DNA from: an uncultured delta proteobacterium
GTDB lineage: Bacteria > Desulfobacterota > Binatia > Binatales > Binataceae
Length of the DNA stretch: 64,000 nt
Assembly (NCBI GenBank): GCA_963724765.1
Contig: CAVRVY010000002.1
Location: 497,166-561,165 of the forward strand
Direction: 5' to 3'
How positions within the stretch are numbered: position 1 is the stretch's first letter; each line of letters opens with the position of its first letter. Below, one piece after another: positions 28,184-39,120 of this stretch. The notes under the pieces are model-generated. The model saw nothing but the letters and a program-made list of their open reading frames with translations, ran no database searches and was not told where the DNA came from. Made by a program: the position numbers and the translations under genes.

Positions 28184-31100
28184 TTAGACGGTCTTGCCTA
28201 CCGGGGCTTTTTCGAGTTGCCTGCGTTCGTCTTCGAGCTTGTTTTTGCGCTTTTTCAGGTCGGAAGCGTATGACTTGAGATTTTCGAGGTCGCTCGCGAC
28301 CTCATCGTGAGCAGGAAGTACACTCCCTGCCGCTAAGGGCTTGTCGTGGCCTGAGTACTCCGATGCCCGCTTCATCCCAAAAAAGACGCGGCGATAGTCT
28401 TCGTCCTCGACGCGCACGCCCTTTAATGATTGGGTCGCCACGTCACGCTGAAAACGCCCTACAACATCGTTCAGGAGGAGTTCTTCAACGAGGCGCTCCC
28501 AAGTCTCACGCAAGTCGCTGTAGAAATCCTTGACCTTCTCACGGTAAGCGTCCCTCGAGGATTCAGGGATTTTGCGGAGAGCCGCTAGTGTTGTGTCCCA
28601 TTAATAAGTTTACAGATGCGCTGGAGTTTGTTGAATATCGAGTCGGCGGTGGCAGTCCAGACGAAGGGCCGCTTGTGGGCATTGTAATGAGCCACGTAGG
28701 CGTCGATCTTCCCCACCAGTTCCCGGACGTTGCGGAACGAGCCGCGGCGAATCGCTTGCTGGGTGATAAGCGCGAACCAGCGCTCGATCTGGTTGAGCCA
28801 GCTTGAGTAGGTGGGCGTGAAGTGAAGGTGAAAGCGCGGATGGCTGGCGAGCCACGCTCTGACTTTGGGATGCTTGTGAGTCGCGTAGTTGTCGGCGATC
28901 AGGTGCAGTTCAAGATCGGCCGGCATATTAGCATCGAGATGTTTCAAAAAGCTCAGGAATTCCTGGTGGCGATGGCGCGGCTTGCACTGGGAGATGACCC
29001 CGCCGTCGACGATGTCCAGTGCCGCGAAGAGCGTGGTAGTGCCGTGACGATAGTAATCGTGAGTCACTCCCTCGACATAACCGAGCCCCATTGGCAGCAC
29101 TGGTTGGGTGCGCTCCAAGGCCTGCACCTGGCTCTTCTCATCCACGCACAATACCAGCGCGTTGTCCGGCGGATTAAGATAAAGCCCAACGATGTCGCGG
29201 ACCTTTTCGACGAAGAACGGGTCGGTGGACAGCTTAAAGCTCTTGCTCCGATGTGGTTGCAGGCCGAACAGCGCGAAGTAGCGCGCGACCGTGCTCTTGG
29301 AGATGCCAGTATGCGCCGCCACGCTGCGCACGCTCCAGTGGGTGGCGACGGCGGGCTTGCTGTGCAGTACCTTGCGCAGCAAGCCCGCTACCTGTTCGTC
29401 GCTATGGCTGCGCGGTCGGCCCGGACGAAGTTCCGCGTGCAGCCCGGCGATGCCGCGTTGCTGATAACGCTGGCGCCACAGACTGACCACCGGAGCACTA
29501 ACCCCGCAGCGCCTGGCGACCTCTCTGTTGGCGGCGCCAGCGGCCGACAGCAGCACGATCTGTGCGCGCCGCACCAACGAATGCGGCAGGCTGCGCGAAC
29601 GCACGATCGAGCGCAGTTGCGACCGCTCCGACTGAGTAATCATCAAGGCTGCATTCGGCCTGCCCATCCCATTCAACCTCCACCGGACCATAGCAGATGG
29701 GCCTCACTCCTGTAAAGTTATTTGTGGGACACAATACTAGTTTGCGTTCGAGGTCGCCCAAGCGGGCCGTCACTTTTTTGGCCTGCCACGGTTCTTCGTT
29801 GCCGAAAACGGTTCCAAAGCCTAGCTCTGGCGTGCGCCGAATCCAGTGGCAAACGATCGGTACGGTTTGCTCTGCGGCCGCAAGGCGCAGCTCGTGGTAA
29901 AAAACCAAGTCATGGGTAAACACTATGACCTGGCGCCCGTTTCGAGCTTCGACGACGAGGCGGCGTGCGACGCGGCGTGTGCGCTGGCAATCAAGCGATG
30001 AAACGGGGTCGTCGATGATGATTCCGCTGTGGTCGGCGATGCCATCTACCTCGGCGAGAAAACAGCCGATCGCGAGCGCACGGAACTCGCCGTCGCTGAG
30101 AATTTCCTTGTTACGAACCTTAACGGCTGCCTCAAGTCCTACACCGATGTAGCTCGCACCGTGGTCGCTCCGGTCGTGAATCTTGAAAGGAAGGTAACCC
30201 AATTCCAAGTGTTGGATTTCCCTCGAAAGTCTGTTTTCGAAGCCCGTCGTGAGGTGTTGCTTCCGCAACTCCGTATTCTTCCGGGAGATTGCGGTGGTAT
30301 CGCAAGCGCTCCTACAGGCTACGACACGACTCAGTAGATCCAGGTCCTCTCGACGCTTGAGCAGTGCGGGCAAGCTGACGGAAAGTGTTTTTCGTGCACG
30401 ATTATTCTTTACCTTCGCTTCGAGTTGTTTGCGAGCCTCTGGACTTTTCATCGCATCGTGGCTCGCTGCCTTAACCTCCAAGCGAGCGCGGGCGGCGTCG
30501 AGTTCAGGGGCCGGGCCTTGTGGGAGGTCGGGGACTTGTTCCCACTCGCCACTGGTGAATGCGGTTAGAATGTTTTTCTTACTGAGAGTCAAGGCATCGA
30601 GATAGGCGAGTACTTGCTCCATGAGAGCGTTCGCCTCAGGGTCCTCACTTATCAGGGACTCCATCATGGCCTGAACATCGGCGCGCGGACGAAGCAGAAG
30701 CCGCTCGACATTACTCTTTGCATCCTCGCGAGTTCGTTCCTCGTGCGCTGCGTGAGCCTCCGCGGCGCCCTGCACATATTTGTCGAAGCTTTTGAACCGA
30801 GTAATCGCGTCTGGATCAAGAATTTGCTGGCAGAGGACGCAACGTGCTCCATCACGCGTAACAGGAAATAAATCGTTCGGATACGCGACCGCGCTGTATT
30901 CCTTGGCGTACCGGAAGAGAAGCCTCCAAGCGTTTGATCCGAATCCCAAGAGGACGTCGCCGGCTGTTGCCTGTGCTGCCGCGAGCCTTGCCGCTTCCCT
31001 TGCGGCCTTTGCTGCTTCGCAGGCGCGGCGGTAGCCTTCCGCAGCTTGTCGGTCCAGCCTTGAGGTTGCTGCCTGAAGGGCTTGCTCGATTGTGCTGATG

Positions 31101-32038
31101 GTCTGAACGAGAGTCCGACACTTCCGCGCCAGCACTTCTGGGTCCTCAATCAGTCGGCGTTCATCTTCCTGGACTGCGAGTTCGTCCTTCTGTGACCAAG
31201 CACACGCAGCTTCTATGATTTCCTTCGTCGGAATATCTTGCGGGAGAGCGCCCTTGGCTAGCCGCGAGATGAGGGTTGACGCCCCGGTGTCTGCCGGAAC
31301 AGATGGCAGAGGAGTGGCAATGCGTTTCTCAATCTCGGTTCGCTCGCCATCTAAAACATCAGAGAGTTTTTCGCAAAGCCCACCCAGTCTGGTCATAACG
31401 TCCAGACCTGCTGGGAGAAACTCAATCCTGTTCTGTTGGTCGGCGTAGAGGGATACGGTCTTCGCATCGAATACGGAGATGCGCGATAGTGCCTCGGGTG
31501 GCTCACCAGCCCCGTCTTTCCACCGGACCTCTGTGGGTTCGGTCGTGCCGACCGTGAATCGCACTGTTGCCTCAGGGCGCGTACCGACACTGGAAGGGTC
31601 GAAGGCGTTGCCGCGAATATCTTCCTCTCCACCTTCGCGGACATGACATAGCTTTTTCAGAATGCGGCAGTAGCCGCTCTTTCCACTTCCGTTGTCGCCG
31701 TAGATTACTGTAAGGCCGCTGATGCCGAAATTGAGAACCTGTCCGGTCGCTAAACGATTCGTGTTTACCAAGTGCCCGAGGGAATTGAGAATGACTGGTG
31801 GTGCGTCGGATGGCTGCTGAGGAATGTGAGAAGCGGAGAACGGAATCGGTGTGGGTGCGGCTCCCTGATGGAGCCCATACTGTGCCTTCAGCATGGCCAA
31901 GGCACTCCGGAGATCGGAATCGGTGAACTCGGCCTGTGCGAAGAGCCTTCGGATGACGTCTTGTTGCCACCCGGCCCTGGTTTGCGAGAAGGCTAGTATG
32001 TCATCGGCAATGGACATTGATTTTCCCAACGTAGCCAA
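28184..32038 (-). pseudogene. RloC-like ABC/SMC-type ATPase with zinc hook and putative C-terminal HEPN, split by IS630
   Basis: GDNGSGKS, CVLC, LSDGE, IIIDDPVSSLD, FTHD; removing the IS restores the frame ERKLAALRK...DLRETWER...KRASEYSGHD. Confidence 0.72.
28585..29740 (-). mobile_element. IS630-family insertion sequence (transposase 28585-29691)
   Basis: Terminal IRs CTAGTGTTGTGTCCCATTAATAA / CTAGTATTGTGTCCCACAAATAA at a CTAG (TA) target; VDEK, DNYATH, SWLNQIERWF. Confidence 0.95.
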
Positions 32039-32083
32039 ATGTCAAGCGCAGGGATAGCTTATAGTCACACTAAAGCATGGTCA

Positions 32084-32197
32084 TTAGAGAATTGGTCGCA
32101 CTCGGCTTGAGTTCGCCTGCGGCACGCGCGGCCCCGCCGCGCCCACATGCGCGGCCCGCATGCCGATTTGCCAGTCTGCCGTGTGGAGGAACTTCAT
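32084..32197 (-). pseudogene. 5' remnant of an SbcD/Mre11-type nuclease
   Basis: Manual translation MKFLHTADWQIGM..., ending after 37 codons. Confidence 0.65.
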
Positions 32198-32266
32198 GTG
32201 TCGGCTCCTGAAAGCTCACCTGCTGCTATGAGGCGCTGCGTAATCGCGGTCAGGTATAGCGGTTGG

Positions 32267-34960
32267 TCAAATTGTCTGTTTGTATTCCCTGAAGCCATCA
32301 ATCAATTGTTGAAATGAGGTTGGCTTGTACTTCTTGAAACTCTCTTCGTCCACGTAAACAAAGTCGTATTTCACGTCCGGCCTGCACCCGATTGATGTCT
32401 TCGCACCATTGCCGCAGCCGTTCCATCTTCAGCGGCACATCCAGGTCTTCCTGCCCTTTGGTTTCGACAATAAAAATCCGCTGGTCGGACAGCTTGACCA
32501 GAAAATCCGGGTAGTAGTTGGAAATGTCGCCGTCCGCATTCACGTAGTCCAGCTTGAAATTCACCGCCAGATAATTCTTGGCGTAGGAAATCACGTCGTC
32601 GCAGTCGTCCAAGAAAGCGGGCGAACAGCAGCTCAAGTTCGCTGTCGCCGATGATGCGGTTGAAGACGCTCTTCTTCGGGACGAGGTAGCCCTGGTCCTT
32701 TGCCACAAAGGGCCGCGTTTGCCGCAGCTTGATTGTGTCGCGGATTTCGGCGTCGCCCTTGTCCTGCACGGTCAGAGCATTGATCGCCTTCTTGAACGTC
32801 TCGATCAGGGTTTTGGTGGCGGCCAGTTCCGAGAGGTTGCGCAGCGTGTTCGGGTCTTCCAGCTCCACCGGACGGTCAAACAATTCGGTCTGCACAAAGG
32901 CTTTGACCTTGCCGTACAGCACGTCGTAGCCGCTGACCAGCCGCAAATCCTTCATGATGGTTTGCGCGAAATAGCCGATCACGCTGCGGTAGTCGGCAAC
33001 GCCTGCCGTATCGAGGATGGTGGTATGCGTCACCTCGCCGGTGGTGATGTCCTTGAAGACGATCTCCCGCTGTTGTTCCTCGCTGAACTGCAGGTAGGCC
33101 ACGCGCTGATGCGCCAGCGCGCCGACATCCAGATCGCTCAGGTTCTTGTATTCGCGATAGATGCGGGGCGTCAGCACGGGGATTTCAATATCCAGCGCGT
33201 CGATGTCTTTCTTCTCGTTTTCCTTGTCGATCTCCACCACCAGCGGGGTTTTTGGCTGGGTGCCTTCGCCCATCGGCTTGCGCTCCAGCACCACGCCTTC
33301 GGCCTGGATGGATTCCACGAAATCCATGAAAGCATCCGTGCCAACGACGCTGACGTATTCTTCCACGCCGCCGGGATACATCTTGCGCAAGCCGCGCCCG
33401 AGCGTTTGCTCGGGCAGGATGTTGCTCTTGGCGGAATAGGCGCGCAGCCCCACAATGGTGGTGACGTTGCGCACGTCCCAGCCCTCTTTGAGCACCATCA
33501 CGGAGATGATGGCTTTGTAGGGGCTGTCCAGCCCGTCGATCGCGTTGGCTTGCTCGCGCAGCTAGTCCAGTTCCTCTTTGCTCTTGCCCGACGTCGATTC
33601 GGAAATCTCGCCGTTGTTCTTGGTGTGAATCACCAGCACCGCGTCTTTCAGATCGGGATAGTGGCCTTCCAGATACGCGGCCACGTCGTCGCAGTTGCGG
33701 GTGTCGTCGGTCATCACGAACAGGATGGCTTTCTTGCCCATCTTTTCGTGCTCGGCATACGCCTTGCGCCATTCGATCACGCCCAGATGAATGTAGTCGG
33801 CGTATTTCTCGGTGAACTTGGCGCTCTTGCGCTCCACCAGTTTGGCGCGGCTGGGAGCATCGGGCAGGACGGGATGCTTCACCACGTTTTGCGAGATGGC
33901 TTCCACCAGCGGGTAATCGGCGACTGTCTGCACGAAAATCGCGCCGTTGTTGTGCCTGGGCGTGGCGGTCACGTCCACTTGCAGCGAGAGCGCGGACCCC
34001 TTTTGCTTCAGCCGGTTGTGAATATCCTCGATCGATTTGAACCACGCCATGCGCGGGTCGTGAATGTGGTGCGCTTCGTCGTTCAACACCACCAGTTCGT
34101 CAATGTCCCGCACGATCATGCCCAGGTCCACTTTGGAGTCGGTGGTCGCGCCGCTCGGCCGCTTGCCCAGGAAATAGTCCATCGTGTCTTCGTCATCGGG
34201 CGAAGCGGGAATGTCGTCGCCGGCATAGACGCGATGGATGTTGGTCAGGAAGATGTTGCCGGTGGGGCGGGTGATGCGCACCTCGTCCTGCACGTGCAGG
34301 GTCAATTGAAAATCGTCGCGCCAGTTGCGCCCATCGAAGCCGTCGTCGGGCAAGACCGGGTCGTCTTTCAAGAAGATGCGCAGGCCCTGAAAATCCTTGT
34401 AGATGCGGTCCAGCACGATGATGTTGGGGGCGATCACCAGAAAATTGCGCGCCAGTCCTGATTCCGGCTCGTACAGTTTGTGGAAAAAGCTCCACGCCAG
34501 CACCAGGCTCAGCACCTTGGTCTTGCCGGTGCCGGTCGCCATTTTCACCACGAACCGCCGCCAGGTCTCGTCAAACATCCCGGCCGACACCGCACCGGAA
34601 CTGTCGAAGCGCATCAGGTCGTACTTGTCCTTCACGCCCACCACGTCGTACAGATAGATGATGGTTTCCAGCGCCTCGCGCTGGGCAAAGTAATATTGAA
34701 ACTCGGCCATCGTGCCGTCAGCCTTGCGGCATCAGGTGCGGCGTATTGAACCACCAGTTGAGCAGGCTCTTGCTGGTGTCCGTCGCTCCCGCATAGCCGC
34801 TGTCCCGCCATTCCTTCACTTTCTTGCGCAGTTGCGACACCAGCGGCGGCATCAGCTTTTCCGAGCTGGACTCCCGCAGTGCTTCATCCGCCGGAAACCA
34901 GCGGATAGCCGGGTCGAGGATGGCGTAGGGCGATTCGGGAAAGTTGGGATGCAGCGCCAT
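32267..34960 (-). CDS. res: Type III restriction subunit Res (frameshifts plus an in-frame TAG at 33562)
   Basis: KMATGTGKT, NDEAHH, TATP, LKEGWDVRNV, QTLGRGLR, YYPDF...VETKG. Confidence 0.88.
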
Positions 34961-37215
34961 TATTTCTTCGCTCCCACGGTGACTTCGACGATCGTCATCG
35001 TGTCGTTGCCGAAGATGTCCACCACCTTCACCGCGATCTTGCGCCGCCCCGGCGGGCATTCCTGAAAGACGCTGGTCAGTTCCAGCGCACGGTCTTTCTT
35101 GGTGCGGAAGGATTGCCACTCGTTCTCAAAGATGTAATCCCCGGTCCACCGCTCTTCCCACGTCGCCGGTCGTCTTCGTTTCTTCGACGCGGACGATCTC
35201 GCGCTTGCTCTCAAAGTCGAAATCCACCGCCCAGTAATCGATCCAGTCGGTCCATTTCTTGGTGAGCCGCTCGCGCTTCACGATGCCCTTCGCGTCCTTG
35301 CTCACCTTAACGATCTGCCCCTTCTCCACGACGATCTTGCTGGCTTTGTCTTTGAGCGTCGCTTCGGCGTTGGCGATGGAATCCTGCGAGTAAAAGACCG
35401 AGAAGTCGGTCAGCTCCACCGCCACGCTGTTCTTCTTGACGTGCGGCTTAACCTCGATGGCCGCAACGTCGTGAAAGACCACCTGATTCTTTTCCACCGC
35501 CCGCTTGTCGAACACCTCGGCTGGGATGTACTTGGGGGCAATGTCGATGCCTTTGGCGCGGGCTTCGTCCAGCACGTTGGGAAACAGGCCCATCTCGAAC
35601 TCAAAGCCGAGAATGTCCACGCGGGTGATGTGCTTCTTGCGGCATTCCAGGATGATCTCTTCCACAAACAGGCGCGTCACCGGCAAGTTGACCGGGCCTA
35701 CAGCCACCAGCCGCCCGGCCTTCTTGCCGTGGAAGGTGGCAAAGCCGTCGGTCTTTTCGGCGCGGTAGGCGCGCAGGATCAGATCGACGAAGGCGGCTTC
35801 CTTTTGTTCCAACTGCTTTTGCTGTTCCGCCTCGCGCAGGTTGGGATTCACGCCGACGTAGTGCTGGCGTTCGTACTTGCCCAGGTTGAGGATTTCAAAG
35901 GCGCGGTAGTCTTTGCCTTCGGCCTTTAACTCCCGCTGTACGCCGATCAGTCGTTTGCGCGTGGTGTGGATGGCGAACTTGCCTAAGTCGGTGGCGATCC
36001 ACTTGCGGCCCAGCTTCTCCGCCACGGCGGCGGTAGTGCCGGAGCCGCAGAAGAAATCGGCGACGATGTCGTTTTCATTAGAGGAGGCAATGATGATGCG
36101 CTCAAGCAGGGCTCAGGCTTCTGCGTGTCGTACCCCGTGCTTTCAGCGGCTTGACTATTCACCGGAGGGATATCAACCCATACAGACTGCAGCGGCGTTC
36201 CCAAGGACTCGTCGAGGTATCGCTTGTATCTCGTCATTCCGGATGACGTGTAGACCAGTCGGCCTTGCTTTTCCAACTCCGCCATCTTTTCCTTTGTCCA
36301 TCTCCACACGCGCGTATGCCCGTGCCATTCAAATTTTAGGTTGGGACGATTCGGGTTTTGATTGAGGCAGTTGTCCAAAGTGTATCGTCTGCCCGTTTCT
36401 GGTTCGATTGCGTTGTAATGTGACTCGATCAACCCTTCTTTCACTCGCGTGTATTGCTGGTTCCAAACGGGATCGCCCATCCTTTTGTAATACAAGATGT
36501 AGTCATGGGTGGCGGGGTATAAATTCCCGTGACTCCTCGCTGCCACTCGTTGCCATACGATTTCTCTCAGGAAGTTTTCCGTCCCAAATACTTCATCAAG
36601 CACAGCACGAACGAGGTGATTGACTTGCGATCCCATATGCACATAGATGCTCCCATCCTCTGCCAGCAGATCGCGCATCAGTACCAGCCGCTCGTAAATC
36701 ATGGCGATGAAGGAATCGGCGCCCTTGCCCCAGGTGTCGCGGTAGGCGATTTCTTCCAGAATGTTGGGCTTCTTGGTGAAGGTGTCGTCGCCGATCTCGA
36801 TGTCCATCGAGAAATCCGCGCCGACGTCAAAGGGCGGGTCAATGTAGATCAGCTTGAGGCCGCCCTGCTTTTCGATCTCCTCGCGCAGCGGGCCGTTCTT
36901 CAGCGATGAGAGGATCAGCTTGTTGTCGCCCCAGATGAGCTTGTTGGTCCAGCCCTTGAGCTGGCGGCCGCGCGCGTCAAAAAGGCCCGGTTGCAATGCT
37001 CGATCGGCTGGCTTCTCCGCACGCGGCTCGTCCACCTGCTCGATCACCTGAAAGGGCAGGACGATATTGCAGACCTCGCTGGTCTTGCCGTTCCAGACCA
37101 GTTCCACCTCGCGCTTGTCCTCGAACAGCAGAAAGCGATACTTGTCCGGCAGCGGCTTGTCGGCCTCGATATAGCGGATGATTTCCTGCTGTTCCTGTTC
37201 GGTCAGTCGCGGCAT
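34960..37215 (-). CDS. mod: Type III R-M methyltransferase Mod (frameshifted)
   Basis: [29 protein letters not shown]; stop overlaps the res start. Confidence 0.9.
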
Positions 37216-37335
37216 GAAAATTCTCTTCTTCTCTTTGCGTTGGCTGTGGTCTGGGTTTTCATGTTCCCATAAGAAGCAATTCCGAATTTCAAGATCGCAA
37301 TGGAGATGGGGTTTGCGGTCCCGAGGGTTGTCTGT

Positions 37336-37668
37336 TCATGGGGACAGGCACCAGGGCGTAGTTACGAAGTGTGATGGTTGGTCCGTCCCGGAGCGCCGCG
37401 CGGCCGCGCTCTTGGCGTCCTCGAGCGATTGTGCGTCAAGTATCTCGCTGATCAGCGCCTCGCCCACCTCGCGCGCATGGTTCTGCCCGTCCCATTCGAG
37501 CACCGGCGAGAGCGACGAATCGTAACGATAAGTGACCGGCGGGTTGCGCTTTTTGAATTGCGCCTGCGTGCCGACCTCGGGGCGCAGCGGACTTTCCGCC
37601 TCGGGATGCCGATACGTCGCCGCCTCGCGCGCCCCCTTCGACTTGTTATTAGACTTTCGATTTGCCAC
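37336..37668 (-). pseudogene. N-terminal remnant of a different Mod-type methyltransferase
   Basis: YRHPEA...PEVGTQAQFKK...YRYDSSLSPVLEWD, then truncated. Confidence 0.6.
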
Positions 37669-38338
37669 GCGCCTTCCTCTGCTTCTTCTGGTCAGTCTTC
37701 CACACGAGATAGTGATCCAGGTACTTGACCTTGAGACAGAGCTTGCGTGATGCGGCGGCTTCCTCGTACAACTTCAAAAAGCGCATTGCATACCAAACAT
37801 ACTCTTGATCCGCGTGTGTCGGCTTCTCAAAGACCTCAAGCGCGGCCTCCCAACGAACCAAACTCCTCAGGCTCGAATCCGCATAGCTGTCGTAAATCGG
37901 AACAGCCGGAAAGTGAAAGTGCAAATATTTTGAAACGAACGCTCGTGGTACACGCCCCTTTCTCGTGATCGGACGCAGTAACTGAATGATCTCTCCGTGC
38001 ACTTCAGCAATTGACCGTAGCTTCCCCGCGTCGATTGGCTCTGAGACGCAGGAAAGTGCCTCGAACAGTCTGTCCACAGTTTCGGAATTGTCGATCAATT
38101 TCTCTGCTACCTGTGAGATTGAGCTACCTTGCCCGCCTTTGCTCTTCACCTGCCGTTCGATTCCGGTTTGGTATGTCCGCCCGATAATGAAAATCTTGGC
38201 GAATACCTCGGCTGAAGATGCATGGCCCGGGTGTTCGGTACAGAGCCGATATAGCGCGACGTCAAGAGTGCTCCACTCTTTTTCGTATTCCTCGATCGCC
38301 TTGTCGTACTCGTGCTTCAAGATCCTTGGAATTGCCAT
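37649..38338 (-). CDS. Uncharacterised protein with HhH-glycosylase-like motifs
   Basis: AFVSKYLHFHFPAVPIYDS and LDHYL, similar to HhH-GPD-like families. Confidence 0.55.
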   Translation of the reverse strand: MAIPRILKHEYDKAIEEYEKEWSTLDVALYRLCTEHPGHASSAEVFAKIFIIGRTYQTGIERQVKSKGGQGSSISQVAEKLIDNSETVDRLFEALSCVSEPIDAGKLRSIAEVHGEIIQLLRPITRKGRVPRAFVSKYLHFHFPAVPIYDSYADSSLRSLVRWEAALEVFEKPTHADQEYVWYAMRFLKLYEEAAASRKLCLKVKYLDHYLVWKTDQKKQRKARGKSKV

Positions 38339-38426
38339 TCGGTAACCTACGAGGAATCACGAACAGGTTTGAACTGGTGGCATCATGCCGCCCCATCCCC
38401 AAGAGCCCGTCGAGAGAGAGTGTTGG

Positions 38427-38834
38427 TCATTTGCGTGCCGGGTTCGGAGTGAGAAAATGCCTTCCGTTGAGAAGCTTCGGCGGAACTCGAATGAAGCCAA
38501 GTTTGCCCTTGAACGGAATCGGCTTCGCGAGGACTCGCGGGTTCCTCAGTCGCCAATGCCACTGGCCCCGAATTGCCCACTTACTCTTCGAGTTTCGGAC
38601 GCAATCAAAAATCTCGACCGAGCCGACGATAACGCCAGTTGGCAACTCGTCCGGATCAAGCCCGAGCTTCCTGGCTTCGTCGCGTTCAACCGTGAGTGAC
38701 GCCTGAATCAGAATGCGTCCGCGATAATCCGTTCTCAGCGGCTTATTCTCAACGTCCTTGCCGAGATGCAGAATCGCATATGCCCAAGGCTGCCGGACGG
38801 AGATCGCGCGCTGCTCATCTGTTGTACGTGACAA
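38427..38834 (-). CDS. ASCH domain protein
   Basis: AISVRQPWA, GKDVENK, YRGRILI, GVIVGSV, PIPFKGKLG. Confidence 0.88.
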   Translation of the reverse strand: MSRTTDEQRAISVRQPWAYAILHLGKDVENKPLRTDYRGRILIQASLTVERDEARKLGLDPDELPTGVIVGSVEIFDCVRNSKSKWAIRGQWHWRLRNPRVLAKPIPFKGKLGFIRVPPKLLNGRHFLTPNPARK

Positions 38835-39120
38835 TCCGAATCTCCCCCTCTAGGCGGCAAAACCGTGCTTCAGGGAGAAATCGCGCCCTAAGGCGCGATA
38901 GCGCCCTGATTAGTTATGAGAAGCAGAATAGCACCATCACGAGTCGCGCGAAAATCGAAGTGCAACAATACCTTGTGGGGGTGCAGCAAGCCCTGAAGCC
39001 GTCTAGAGCGATGCTCCAGCGGGGGATCTTCGGCGTAACGGCTTTCGGCCGCGCGGAAAAGAGGAAAGCAGCCGCCCGACAGATTTGCCCGAAGGCCTTG
39101 AAACCCAGCCCTAGAGTCGC

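Noticed and set aside
33562-33564. In-frame TAG in res as stop-codon readthrough or recoding
   Set aside because: Single case; TAG ends other genes normally and no suppressor or pyl genes are present
32719-34461. 580-aa plus-strand ORF and similar long antisense ORFs (21376-22443, 28822-29715, 45396-46328)
   Set aside because: Shadow frames of well-supported genes in high-GC sequence
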